Shown here: in pieces, positions 27,210 through 38,915 of the stretch
Numbering within the stretch: the stretch's first letter is position 1
How the letters are laid out: each line of letters opens with the position of its first letter
DNA from: Mobula hypostoma
Lineage: Eukaryota
Assembly: GCF_963921235.1 (NCBI RefSeq)
Contig: NC_086108.1
Coordinates: 13,020,001 to 13,084,000 of the forward strand
Direction: 5' to 3'
DNA: 64,000 nucleotides
Translations under genes and position numbers: made by a program
The notes under the pieces: model-generated
What the model saw: only the letters and a program-made list of their open reading frames with translations
The model's database searches: none
What the model was told of the DNA's origin: nothing

Positions 27210-27752
27210 CCAGGATACTGACGGACTTTTACCACTGTACCACTGAGAGCATACTCACCAACTGCATCTCAGTGTGGTATGGCAATTGTCCCGTATCGGA
27301 CCGCAAAGCACTCCAGCATGTGGTGAAAACTGCCCAGCGGATTATCGGCACCCAGTAGCCCACCACTGAGAACATCTACCATAAATGCTGTCTGGGCAGG
27401 GCAAAAAGCATTATCAAGGATGCATCTCACCCTAACCATGGACTTTTTACTCTCCTCCCATCTGGTAGGTGCTACAGGAGCCTCCGCTCCCGCACCAGCA
27501 GGCACAGGAAGAGCTTCCTTCCTGAGGCTGTGAACCTGCTAAACCTCACATCACAGCACTAAGCAGTATTGCACCCATATTGTACTGTCTCAGTACTTCT
27601 ATATTTGTGTGCTGTAGCACTTACCTTTTATTCACAGTTATTTTGTAAGTAACACTATTCTTTGCATTTCTGGTTAGATGCTAACTGCATTTCATTGGCT
27701 TTGTATCTGTACTCGGCACAATGACAATAAAGTTGAATCTAATCTAATCTAA
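27210..27752 (+). mobile_element. Rex1/Babar-like LINE 3' fragment
   Basis: Encodes ...ESILTNCISVWYGNC...RKALQHVVKTAQRIIG... and has an (AATCT)n tail. Confidence 0.75.
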
Positions 27753-29513
27753 AATTAACACAATGACGGAGACATTCTGGGTAGAGTTCACCACCCTCTA
27801 GCTGAGGAAATTTCTCCTCCTCTCACTCTTAACCAGCTTTAAAATGGAGATGAGGGGGAATTTCTTCAGCCAGAGAGTGGTGAATCTGTGGAATTTGTTG
27901 CCATAGGCTGTGTTGGAGGCCAGGTCATTGAGTATACTTAAGACAGAGGTTGATAGGTTCTTGATTAGTCAGGGCCTGAAGGGATAAGGAGAGAATGGGG
28001 CTCAGAGGAAAATGGATCGGCCGTGATGAAATGGCAGAGCAGACTCGATGGGCCAAGTGGCCTAATTCTGTTCCTTTATCTTATAGTTCCACTTCATATC
28101 AGAGAATGTATGCAATCTATATTCTGAAATTCCTTTTCTTCCCAGACAGCCACAAAAACAGGAGAATGTCCCAAAGAATGAACGATGGTTAAAACGTTAG
28201 AGCCCTAAAGGCCCCCCGCTCCGTCTCTCCCACGCACAAGCGGTAGCAAAGCAGCGACCCTCCCCCATCCCACCCTCTTCCGCAAAAAATTCATCAGCAC
28301 CCTCAACCCACTAGGCAAGCAATATCAAAGCCCCCAATAGAGACCATGATCTGCAGTACAACAAAAATTAGTTGTTTACCTGAAAATTCAGCACACCACA
28401 GACTCTTTCCCTTTATTAGGGAGAGAGAGAAAAAGGTGTCCCCTTTCACACTGAGAGGGAAGACACAACAAAGCAACTCGCTGATTTTATGGTGTGAAAA
28501 GTTTGTCCCGCGGCCCCCCCCCACCCGAGTCCTGTGATCCGAGAATCGGCCGCAATCTCTCACAAACCAATGAGAGAGAGAGAGAGAGAGAGAGCGCACA
28601 ATTCATTGAGTACAGAGCCTCCGGCAGCTGAACCACTGCTCCCGGTGTTCCGTTCTCCCCCACAGCACTTCACTCCGCAGCATTGGCTTAGAATCAGCCT
28701 GTCCACAGGGCCATGAAACCTCGGTACGCCGAAGGCCCGCTCATCTTCTAGTCCGCATCCTTGGTATATCAAAAAATGGCTGGCCATGAGCCTCCAGGAT
28801 CGGATCCCACCACCACAAAGAACCGAAGTCTGACTGTAACTCCAGGTCAGCATCTACAACAAACCCCATCCACACTGAAAAGGAAAAGGAGGGACATCAA
28901 TGGTAGAAATTAAACAGTTTTCGTAGATGAACACGAAGGAGTCGCAAATTAGAGCCATCATGACTCCGCCTCTTACTGTCTCATCTCCTAATCTGAAACT
29001 CTCCTTTTGGCTCTATTTTCCCTCGTCAAGTGGAACATCCTGGACTGTCAAACACTTGAAGAATTTTGCTTTTGAACTTCTTGGATGACCTCAATTTCTG
29101 GAGCTGTTCAGTAGTTGCCCAGTGTCGGCACATCTGGAAATGTTTCTGTGTAGTACTACGTTTAATTTAAAATCTGATTATATCCACATTGTGGTCAGAT
29201 GGTTAAAATTCATTTGAACCTCCATTCGATGTGAGCAGCAGGTCTGCCTGAGCTGTGGCAATGATGAAATGATGTAAGGCCTAGTTCAGTTTAAAGGGGA
29301 TTAACCTAACCCACCTGTCCATGTGGAGATCAGCTAAGAAAGGATGTGCTGCCACTCGGAAGGGTTTAAAGGAGGTTCATAAAAATGATTCTGGGATTGA
29401 AAGGCTTGTCATAAGTGGAGTGTTTGATGGCTCTGGGCCTCTACTCCCTGGAACTCAGAAGAATGGTGGAGCAGACTCAATGGGCCATATTGCACAATTC
29501 TGCTCCTAAGATA

Positions 29514-32500
29514 TAGGAGCAGAATTGTGCAATATGGCCCATTGAGTCTGCTCCACCATTTCATCATGGCTGATCCAATTTTCCTCTCAGCCCCAGTCTC
29601 CTGCCTTCTTCCCGTTTCCCCTCATACAGTGAGCAATCAAGAATCTGTCAACATCTGCCATAAATATACCCAATGACTTGGCCTCCCCTGCTGCCTGTGG
29701 CTAAGAATTCCACAGATACACCACTCTCTGGCTAAAGAAATTCTTCCTAATCCCCGTTCGAAAAGGACACCCCTCTATTCTGAGGCTGTGTCCTCTGGTC
29801 TTAGACTTACCCACCATAGGAAACATCCTCCACATCCACTCTATCAAGGCCTGCTGCGTTCACCAGCAACTTTTATGTGTGTTGCTTGAAATTCCAGCAT
29901 CTGCAGATTTCTCATGCTTGCCTTTCACCATTTGATAGGTTTCAATGATATCACCCCTCATTCTTCTGAATTCTCATGAATACAGGCCCAGAGCCGTCAA
30001 ATACTCCCTATATGACAAGCTATTCAATGCCAGAATCATTTCTGTTGAACCTCCTTTGAACTTTCTCCAGTTTCAGCACATGTTTTCTGAGATATGGAGC
30101 CCAAAACTGCTCACAGTACTCCAAGTGAGGCCTCAACAGTGCTTTATAAAGTCTCGACACTACCATCTTTGCTTTGATACTCTAGCCTTTTGAAATGAAT
30201 TCTAATATTACGTTTGCCTTCCTCACCATAGTCTCAACCTGAAAATTAACCTTTAGGGAATCCTGCATAAGGACTCCCAAGTCCCTTTGCACCTCAGTTT
30301 TCTGTATTTCCCCCCCATTTAGAAAATAATCTACCTTTTCATTTTTCTACTAAGGTGTGTAACCATACACTTCCCGACACTGTACTCCATCTGCCATTTC
30401 TTTGCCCATTCTCCTAATCCGTCTAGATGCTTCTGTAGCCTCTACTTCCTCAAAACGACTTGCCCCTCCTACCTATCTTCGTATCATCTACAAACTTTGC
30501 AACAAAGCCATCAGTTCCATCATCCAAATCATTGACATTTAACATAAAAAGAATCGTCCCAACTCAGACCCCTGTGGAACACCACTAGTCACCAGCAGCC
30601 AACCAGAAAAGGCTCCCTTTATTCCCGCCATTTGCCTTCTGCCAATCAGTCACTGCTTTATCCATGCTGGAAGCTTTCCTGTAATACCATGGGCTCGTAG
30701 CTTGTTAAGCAGGCTCATGTGTGGCATCTTGTCAAAGGCCTTCTGAAAATCCAAGTACACAACATCAACTGATTCTCCTCTGTCAATCCTGCTTGTTATT
30801 TTTTCAAAAGAATTCCAAGAAATTGATTCAGTGAGATTTTCCTTTGAGGAAACCATGATGACTACAGCTTATTTTATCATATACTTGCAAGTAACCTGAG
30901 ACCCCATATTTAATAATCAACTCCAACAAATTCCCAATCACTGTGGTCAGACTAACTGGCCTATAATTCCTTTCTTCAGCCTTTCTCCCTTCTTGAAGAG
31001 TGACACATGCAATTTTCCAGTTCTGCTGAACCATTTCAGAATCTAATAATTCTTTAAACATCTTTCCTAATCTATTTATGATTTCTGCAGGCCTCTTTCA
31101 GAACCCTGGAGTTTAGTCCATCTGGTCCAGATGACTTATCTACTCTCAGACCTTTCAGTTTCACATGAACTTTCTCTCTAGTAAAAGTAAATTCACACAC
31201 TTCATGACCCCTGACACCTGGAACTTCCACCATACTGCTAGTGTCTTCCACAGTGAAGACTGATGCAAAATAATTGTTCAGTTTGTCTTCTATTTCCTTG
31301 TCCCCCATTACTACCTCTCCAGCATCGTTTTCCAAAAGTCCGATATCCACTCTCACCTCTCTTTTACACTTGTTGTATCTGAAGAAACTTTTGGTATCCT
31401 CTTTAATATTATTGACTGGCCTACTCTCATAACTCCATCTTTACTTTCTTAATGAACTTTTTAGTTGTTTTCTGCTGGTTTTTAAAAGCTTTCCATTCCT
31501 CTAACTTTCCACTAATTTTGCTCTATTATATGCCCTCTCTTTGGCTTTTATGTTGGCTTTGATTTCTCTTGTTAGCCATAGTTGTGTCACCTTGCCTTTA
31601 GAATACTTTTCCTCTTTGGGGATGTATATATCCAGTGCCTTCTGAATTGCTTCCAGAAATTCCAGCCTTTGCTGCTCTGTCGCTATCCCTGCCAATGTTC
31701 TTTTCCAATTGATTCTGGCAATTCCTCTCTCATGCCTCTAATTCCTTTTACTCCTGACTTTAGCTTCTCCTTCCTAAATTTCAGGGTGAATTCAATCATG
31801 TTACGATCACTTGTCCCTTTGGGTTCTTTTTACCCTAAACTCTCTAATCAATTCCAGTTCATTGCACAGCACCCAATCCAGAATAGCTTATCCCCTAGTG
31901 GGGTCAACCATGAGCTGCTCTGAAAAGCCATATCACACGCAGTCTAAAATTCTCCCTCCTGGATTCCAGCACCAACCTGATTTTCCCAATCTACCTGCAT
32001 ATTGAAATTCCTCATGACTGTTGTAACATTGCCCTTTTGGCATGCATTTTCGATCTCCCTTTGAAATTTGTAGACCACATCTTTACCACTGTTTTGGGGG
32101 TCTGTTTAAAACTCCCCTCAGGGTCCTATATGCTTGCAGTTCCTTAACTCTGTGCACAATAATTCAACACCATTTGTCCTTCTGTCACCCTTTCATTTTT
32201 TTTACCAACAGAGCAATGCCACCCCCTCTGACTTGTTGTCTGACCTTCCTTGGACATTAAGATCCCAACTATAATCTTCTCTCAGCCATGATTCCTTCAA
32301 CATCATACCTGCCAATCTGCAACCGTGCAACAAGTCCATCTACCTTATTCCGTATACTGTGCGCATTCAAATATAACTCTAGTTTAAACATAGAAAACAT
32401 AGAAACATAAAAAAAATCTACAGCACAACACAGGCCCTTTGGCCCACAATGCCGTGCGAACATGTACTTACTTTAGAAGTTACCTAGGGTTACCCATAGC

Positions 32501-33760
32501 CCTCCATTTTTCTAAGCTCCCTGTACCTATCCAGGAGTCTCTTAAAAGATCCTATCATATCCACTTCCACCACCATCATCGGCAGCCCATTCCATACACT
32601 CACCACTCAGTGTAAAAAAACTTACCCCTGATATCTCCTCTGTACCTGCTTCCGAGCACCTTAAAACTGTGCCCTCTCGTGTTAGCCATTTCAGCCCTGG
32701 GAAAAAGCCTCTGACTATCCACATGATCAATGCCTCTCATCATCTTATACACCTCTATCAGATCATTTCTCATCAAAGGCCGAGTTCACTCAACCTATTC
32801 TCATAAGGCATGCTCCCCAATCCAGGCAACATCCTTGTAAATCTCCTCTGCACCCTTTCTATAGTTTAAACCCCACTGTGCAGCATAAACAAACCTTCCT
32901 GCTGGGATATTAGTCCCCCTCCAGTTCAGGTGCAAACTAACCCTTCTGTATAGGTCCAGCTTCCCTGGAAGAGAACCCAATGATCCAAAAGTCTTATGCC
33001 CTTCCTCCTATACCAACTCCTTAGCTATGTATTAAACTGTATAACCTTCCTAGTTCTGGCCTCACTAACACGTGGCACGGGTAACAATCCTGAGATTACA
33101 ACCCTGGAGGTCCTGTCCTTTAACCTAACACCTAACTCCCTGAACTCCCTAAACAGAACCTCATCACTTGTCCTACCCATGTCATTGGTACCTACATGAA
33201 CCATGATTTCTGGCTGTTCACCTTCCCACTTAAGAAGGCAGAGGACTCTATCAGAGATATCCCAGACCCTGGCACCTTGGAGGCTCCATACAATCTGGGA
33301 ATCTCGTTCTCTCCCACAGAACCTTCTGTCCATTCCCCTAACCAACAAATCCTCTTTCATCACTGCGTGTGGTTAAGTCGACCCCTCCCCTACACCACAA
33401 CAGTATCCAAACTGATATCCCTGTGGTTGAGGGGGATGGCCACAGGGGTACTCTGCACTGGCTCCTTAACCCCTTTCCCTTTCCTGACTGTCACCCAGTC
33501 TCCTGTGTCCTGCTCCTTGGGTGTAACTACCTCTCTGTATGTCCTATCTATCACCTCCTCAGCGTCACAGATGATCTGAAGCTCACCCAGTTCTAGCTTC
33601 AACTCGTTAACGCAGATTGTTAGAAGCTGCAGCTGGATGCATTTCTCATAGTTGTAGTCATTAGGGACACTGGAGGTCTCCCTGCCTTCCCACATCCTGC
33701 AAGAGGAGCGTTCAACTATCCTGCCTGGCATCTCTACTTCTGCTCAGCTAGGACTGAAGG
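29514..33760 (-). mobile_element. Long decayed CR1 LINE retaining ORF1 (coiled-coil plus SGNH-esterase-like part) and ORF2 pieces, nested in an older + strand CR1 (29330-29465 and 34071-34440)
   Basis: Minus ORF 33025-33363 (VHVGTNDMG...VVISGLLPVP) and ORF 33390-33731 fit ORF1. ORF2 motifs YLNAHSIRNK, DKSSGPDG and YLDFQKAFDK. A second CR1 piece at 32390-32861 is nested with TSD TAGTTTAAAC. 5' boundary approximate. Confidence 0.88.
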
Positions 33761-35189
33761 GAAGGAGAAAAAAAATCTTGAGCATTTCTTTCTCTAACTG
33801 AAGTGTCTCCTTGCTGAAGCCTCAAGATCACCACACTGACTCTGTCCAGTCAGCTGGCAGCCACTGCGACAATGACTACTGTGCTTATCGCTGCCTTTCT
33901 TTAATTTGCTCTTGTTAATCAATCACAAATGCAGATTGGTTGCTATTCAAAGCTCTTTTTTGCTGTAGTGACCAGCTGCAGGCTTTTCTATTCAGGCATT
34001 AGACCTGAGTGAAAACACCTCCTTCCCATGTCCAGATCAGTCGCTGGTCAAAGCTCTTTTTTTTTAGCAACCTATTGAACATTGAAGGGTCTCAATAGAG
34101 TGGATGTGGAGAGAATGTTTCCTCTAGTGGGAGAGTCTAAGACTAGAGGACACAGCTTCAGAATAGAGGGACGTCCATTTAGAATGGAGATGCAGAGGAA
34201 TTTTCTTAGCCAGAGAGTAGTGAATCTGTGGAATTCGCTGCCACAGGCGGCTTTGGAGGCCAAGTCATTGGGTATATTTCAGTCGGAGGTTGATAGATTC
34301 TTGATTAGTCAGGGCATGAAGGGATACAGGAAGAAGGCAGGAGACTGGGGCTGAGAGGGAAATGGATCAACCGTGATGAAACGGTGGAGCAGACTTGATG
34401 GCCTAATTCTGCTCCTATATGTTATGGTCTTAGGGTCTTAGCACAGGCTTTCTCCCGCTGGTAGCACCCTTTTGAGTTCACCTCTTACCCCTTTTTCTCC
34501 CAGCCAGCCCCACTTTTCATTTCATTGCCTCCCCCCCCATCCCCACAACAGACAACCGCTGTCCATGCATCAACACAGGGTGCTGATGTCCTTCACTTCA
34601 GCTGGAGCTCCGACCCTCCTTGCTCCATGACCCCCCCTACACCATCCTCCCCATCAGCAGAAGAGCCTTTGGAAGTATTTCACCGTACAGAGCCGTCCTG
34701 TAGGTGGAATTTGGCTGTGGAGCCCATACGTGAAACAGAAATTAACCTACTGCATGGCTTGATTTTTAACCCTTCGAGTTCTTCACAGACATTTATGGAG
34801 TAAGGCCATTTACTTTGGACTTGAAATTGTTTTTCTTTCTCTACAGATGCTCCTTGATCTTTTGGGTATTCCCAGAATTTCACTATTTCCAGTGTTGTAT
34901 TGCAGATTTCCAAAAACTCTGGTGTTCTGCATCTAAGTTACAGCAATTCCTTTCTTTCTCCTCCTAACATGCAGCTCCTCCAGACTGAGCAGCTGTGATT
35001 TACAAGCATTCACTTTCTTTCTCAGCTGATACCAGTCCTCCTCTACCTCCTCCACAGCTTAAACCATGTTTGAATTCAGACAGTTATGGTGAAAAACTCG
35101 TCTACAGATGCTGCCTCACCTGCTCAGCATCAGTCACAGTTTTAGTTCATGGCCTGGCCCAGATCTTTCTCGAAATATCTATGTCTTAT

Positions 35190-35690
35190 GGTCTTAAAGT
35201 CACAGTCACAGAAAAATACAACACAGAAACTGGCCATCTGGCCCACCTACTCCATGCCAAAACCATTTAAACTGCCTACTTCCAGTGACCTACACTGGGA
35301 TCATATCCCTACCATCCATGCACCTATCCAAATTTCTCTTAAATGTTCAAATTGAGCTCACATACATCAGTTGCACTGGCAGCTCATTCCACACTCTCAC
35401 CACCCTCTGAGTGAAGAAGTTTCCCCTCATGTTCCCCCTTAACTTTTCACCTTTCACCCTTAACGCTTGACATCTGGTTGTAGTCCCACCCAACCTCGGT
35501 GGAAAAAGCCTGCTTACATTTACACTACCTATACCCATCATAATAATTTTGTATACCTCCAACAAATCTCCCCTCCATCTTCTATGTTCTAAGGAATAAA
35601 TACAGACCTTCTTTATAACTCAGGTTCTCCAGACCCGGCAAGATCCTTGTAAATTTTCTCTGTACTTTTTCCACATTATTTACATCTTTT
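35190..35690 (-). mobile_element. CR1 3' fragment
   Basis: Minus ORF with RGNFFTQRVVRVWNELP. Confidence 0.8.
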
Positions 35691-36099
35691 CTTATGACAG
35701 GAGAATGGAACTGAGAGGGAAATGGATCAGCTGTGATGAAATGGCAGATCAGACTCAATGGGCTGAATGACCTAATTCTGCATATATGTCTTGAGGTCTT
35801 AAAATGTATATATGATCCCTGAAACATCAGAAAGTATTTATCTTTTACACTGCAAATTGAGAAGATTAACTGTTCTGTACTTTGAATATAACTGTTCTTT
35901 TTGAGCATCTGCAAATTTCTCTTTTACTGTAAGCTTTTTTTTATTCTCTGTCTGAATATCCTTTCCTCTCTATCAGCACTCCCTCATTTCTCATTGCTCT
36001 TTATGTTCCCATCTCCCTCCTTATAATTCACCTCCTGCTGTCAATCCCTTTCTCCTCGCTGTTTTAGTTTCTGTTTTCTCTCTCTATGCATTTCTGTTT

Positions 36100-37640
36100 T
36101 TCTCATTGTCTTCTTTTTAATCTCTCCCCTCTCCCTTACCCCTCCACCCCAAATCACTCCCCTCCCCTACCCCCCATTCTTCCTCTTTCCTCTACTCATC
36201 ATCCCATCTCTCCTCTCCGCTTCTTTCCCCAATCATTACACTCTCCTCTTCACTCTCAAAAACCCTCTGTCCCCTATTCTCCGACTCTCCTCTCACCCTC
36301 TCCTCTCAACTTCTCCCCTCCCACTCCCCTTCCCCCTCCCCTTCCCCCTCCCCTTCTCCCTCCCCCACTCTCCCTCTCCCACTCTCTCCCTCCCCCACTC
36401 TCTCCCTCTCCCACTCTCCCTCCCCCACTCTCTCCCTCTCCCCACTCTCCCTCTCCCCACTCTCCCTCCCCCACTCTCTCCCTCCCCCACTCTCCCTCTC
36501 CCCACACTCTCCCTCTCCCCACTCTCTCCCTCCCCCACACTCTCCCTCTCCCCACTCTCCCTCCCCCACACTCTCCCTCTCTCCCTGCTCCACTCTCCCT
36601 CCCCACTCTCTCCCTCCCCCACTCTCCCTCTCCCCACTCTCCCTCTCCCCACTCTCTCCCTCCCCCACTCTCTCCCTCCCCAACTCTCTCCCTCCCCCAC
36701 ACTCTCCCTCCCCCACTCTCCCTCCTCACCCTCTCTCTCTCCCCACTCTCCCTCCCACACTCTCCCCCCAACCTCCCCCTCTCTCTCCCTCCCCACTCTC
36801 TTTCCACCTCCCCCAGTCTCTCCCTCTCCCCACTCTCCCTCCCCCACTCTCCCTCCCCACCCTCTCCCTCTCCCCACTCTCTCTCCCACACTCTCTCCCT
36901 CTCCCCACTCTCCCTCCCCTACTCTCTCCCTCCCCCACTCTCCCTCCCCTACTCTCTCCCTCCCCCTCTCTTTCTACCTCCCCCACTCTCCCCTCTTCTC
37001 TCCCCTCCCCTCCCACACTTTCTCCTCTCCCTCAACTGTCCTCCTCTCATCCTCTCCCCTTTTCTCCCACTCTCCCCTCCCTCTTCCCCACTTTTCCCTT
37101 CTCCCCTCCCCTTCTACCCCACTCTCCTCATCTCCTCTCCCATTGTCTTCACTACTTTCCCCCTTTCATCTCCACTCTCCTTCTCCCCCTCTCCCCATCT
37201 ACCCCACTTTCCCCACCTCCCACCTTCTCCCCCTCCCCTCTCCCCATCTCCTCTCACCCCTTGTCCTCTCCCTCCACCACGCTTCCCTTCTCCGTCTCAT
37301 CTCTTCTCCTCTCCCCTCTCCCTTACTCTTCCCATCTTCTCTCTCCTCCCCTATCCTTTCCCTCTCCCCCACTCTCCCCTTCTCCCTCTCCCCCATCCTC
37401 TCCCCCATCCTCTCCCTCTCCTCAATCTCCCCTTCCCCCTCTCCCCGACTCTCTCCTTCTCCCTCTCCTCAATCTCCCCTCCCCAATCTCCACTTCTCCC
37501 TCTCTTCCCCAATCTCCCCCATCCCTCTCCCCCACTCTCCCCCTCACCTCTTCCCCTCCCCTCTCCCCCACTCCTCCTCTCTTCTTCCCACCAACCCTCT
37601 CCTCTCCCCCTCCTCCCCACTTCTTCTCCTCTCCCTCTCT
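36100..37640. repeat. Polypyrimidine low-complexity tract of about 1.5 kb built from CCCCACTCTCCCT-like units
   Basis: Nearly G-free on the + strand. Continues at about 38525-38740 after a CR1 insertion. Confidence 0.95.
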
Positions 37641-38525
37641 ACGAAGATAGGTGGAGGGGTGGGTAGTGCTGAGGAAGCAATGCGATTGTAGCGGAACTTA
37701 GACAAATTGGAAGGATGGGCAAAAAAGTGGTAGATGGAATACAGTGTTGGAAAATGTATGATAATACATTTTGGTAAAAGGAACAATAGTGTGGACTATT
37801 ATCTAAATGGGGAGAAGGTTCAAACATCAGAGATGCAGAGGGACTTGGGAGTCCTCGTGCAAGACTCCCAGAAGGTTAATTTACAGGTTGAATCTGTGGA
37901 CAAGAAGTCAAATGCAATGTTGGCATTTATTTCAAGGGGAATAGAATATAAGAGCAACGAAATAAAACTGAGCCTTTAAAAGACACCAGTCAGGCTGCAC
38001 TTGGAGTATTGTCAACAATTTTGGGCCCCACATCTCAGAAAGGATATGTTGTCATTAGGGTGTCCAGAGGAGGTTCACGAGGATGATTCTGGGAATGAAG
38101 AGGGGCGTTTGGCAGCTTTGGGCCTATACTCACTGGAATTTAGAAGAATGCGTAGGTATCTCATTGAAACCCACCAGATGTTGAAAGGGTTGGATTGGGT
38201 GGATGTGGAGAGGATGTTTCATATTGAGGGGGGTAGGTGTATCTAAAACTAGAGGGCACAACCACAAAATTGAGGACAGACCCTTTAGAACAGAGGTAAG
38301 GGGGATTTTTTTTTGCCTGAGAGTAGTGAATCTGTGGAATGCTCTGCCACAGACTGCGGAAGAGGCCAAGTCCATGCGTATACTCAAGGTGAAAGATGAT
38401 CGTTCCCTGAGAAGGCAGGTGTATAGGGTTGAGTGGGATTCAGGATCTGCCACGATGGAATGGCGGATCAGACTCAATGGGTTGGATGGCCTAATTCTGT
38501 TCTGATGTCTTGTGATCTTATGGTC
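37641..38525 (+). mobile_element. CR1 3' fragment inserted in the pyrimidine tract
   Basis: MEYSVGKCMIIHFGKRN, QRDLGVLV and LGLYSLEFRR motifs, plus CR1 3' end. Confidence 0.88.
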
Positions 38526-38783
38526 TCTCCCCCTCACTCCCAATCACTCTGCTCCACTTATACTCTTTCCCTCTCCCCAATTCTCCCTCTCTTTTCTCCC
38601 ACTCTCCCCTCCTCTTTCCCCCACTCTTTCCTTTCTCCTCTTCCCCTCCTTCACTCCCCCTCTCCTCTTCTCTCCACTTCCCCTCTCGTCACCTTCTCTC
38701 TCCCCCACCCCATCTCCCCCTCTCAGTCTCTTCCCCTTTTGTACAATCTCACTAACTCTTGAGATCTCACTCTCCACCCATAG

Positions 38784-38915
38784 CTCCTCAGCTTCACATC
38801 TGCCTCCGAGTCCCGCAGGTGTGTGGTCCAGGACGCTGCATGATGCGACAGCAGGGGTACACGTGTGTGTGCAACACGGGCTTCCGGCTGAATGCTGAGC
38901 GATCGCGCTGTATCG
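38784..38915 (+). CDS. LTBP4: LTBP4-like non-calcium EGF exon (PQLHICLRVPQVCGPGRCMMRQQGYTCVCNTGFRLNAERSRCI)
   Basis: Acceptor ccacccatag|, donor G|GTGAGT. 132 bp, phase 1-1. Resembles recalled LTBP4 CQRNPQVCGPGRCISRPSGYTCACDSGFRL. Confidence 0.92.

Noticed and set aside
34504..34580. Possible extra Pro-rich hinge exon (PPPPSPQQTTAVHASTQ)
   Set aside because: The acceptor is plausible, but the donor (GTGCTG) is poor and no homology is recognisable. It needs RNA evidence.
36086..37666. 526-aa Pro/Leu/Ser-rich ORF, tempting as a proline-rich LTBP hinge exon
   Set aside because: The tract is almost devoid of G and poor in A, so stop codons rarely occur and several frames on both strands are open. 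It runs into a CR1 with no clear donor.
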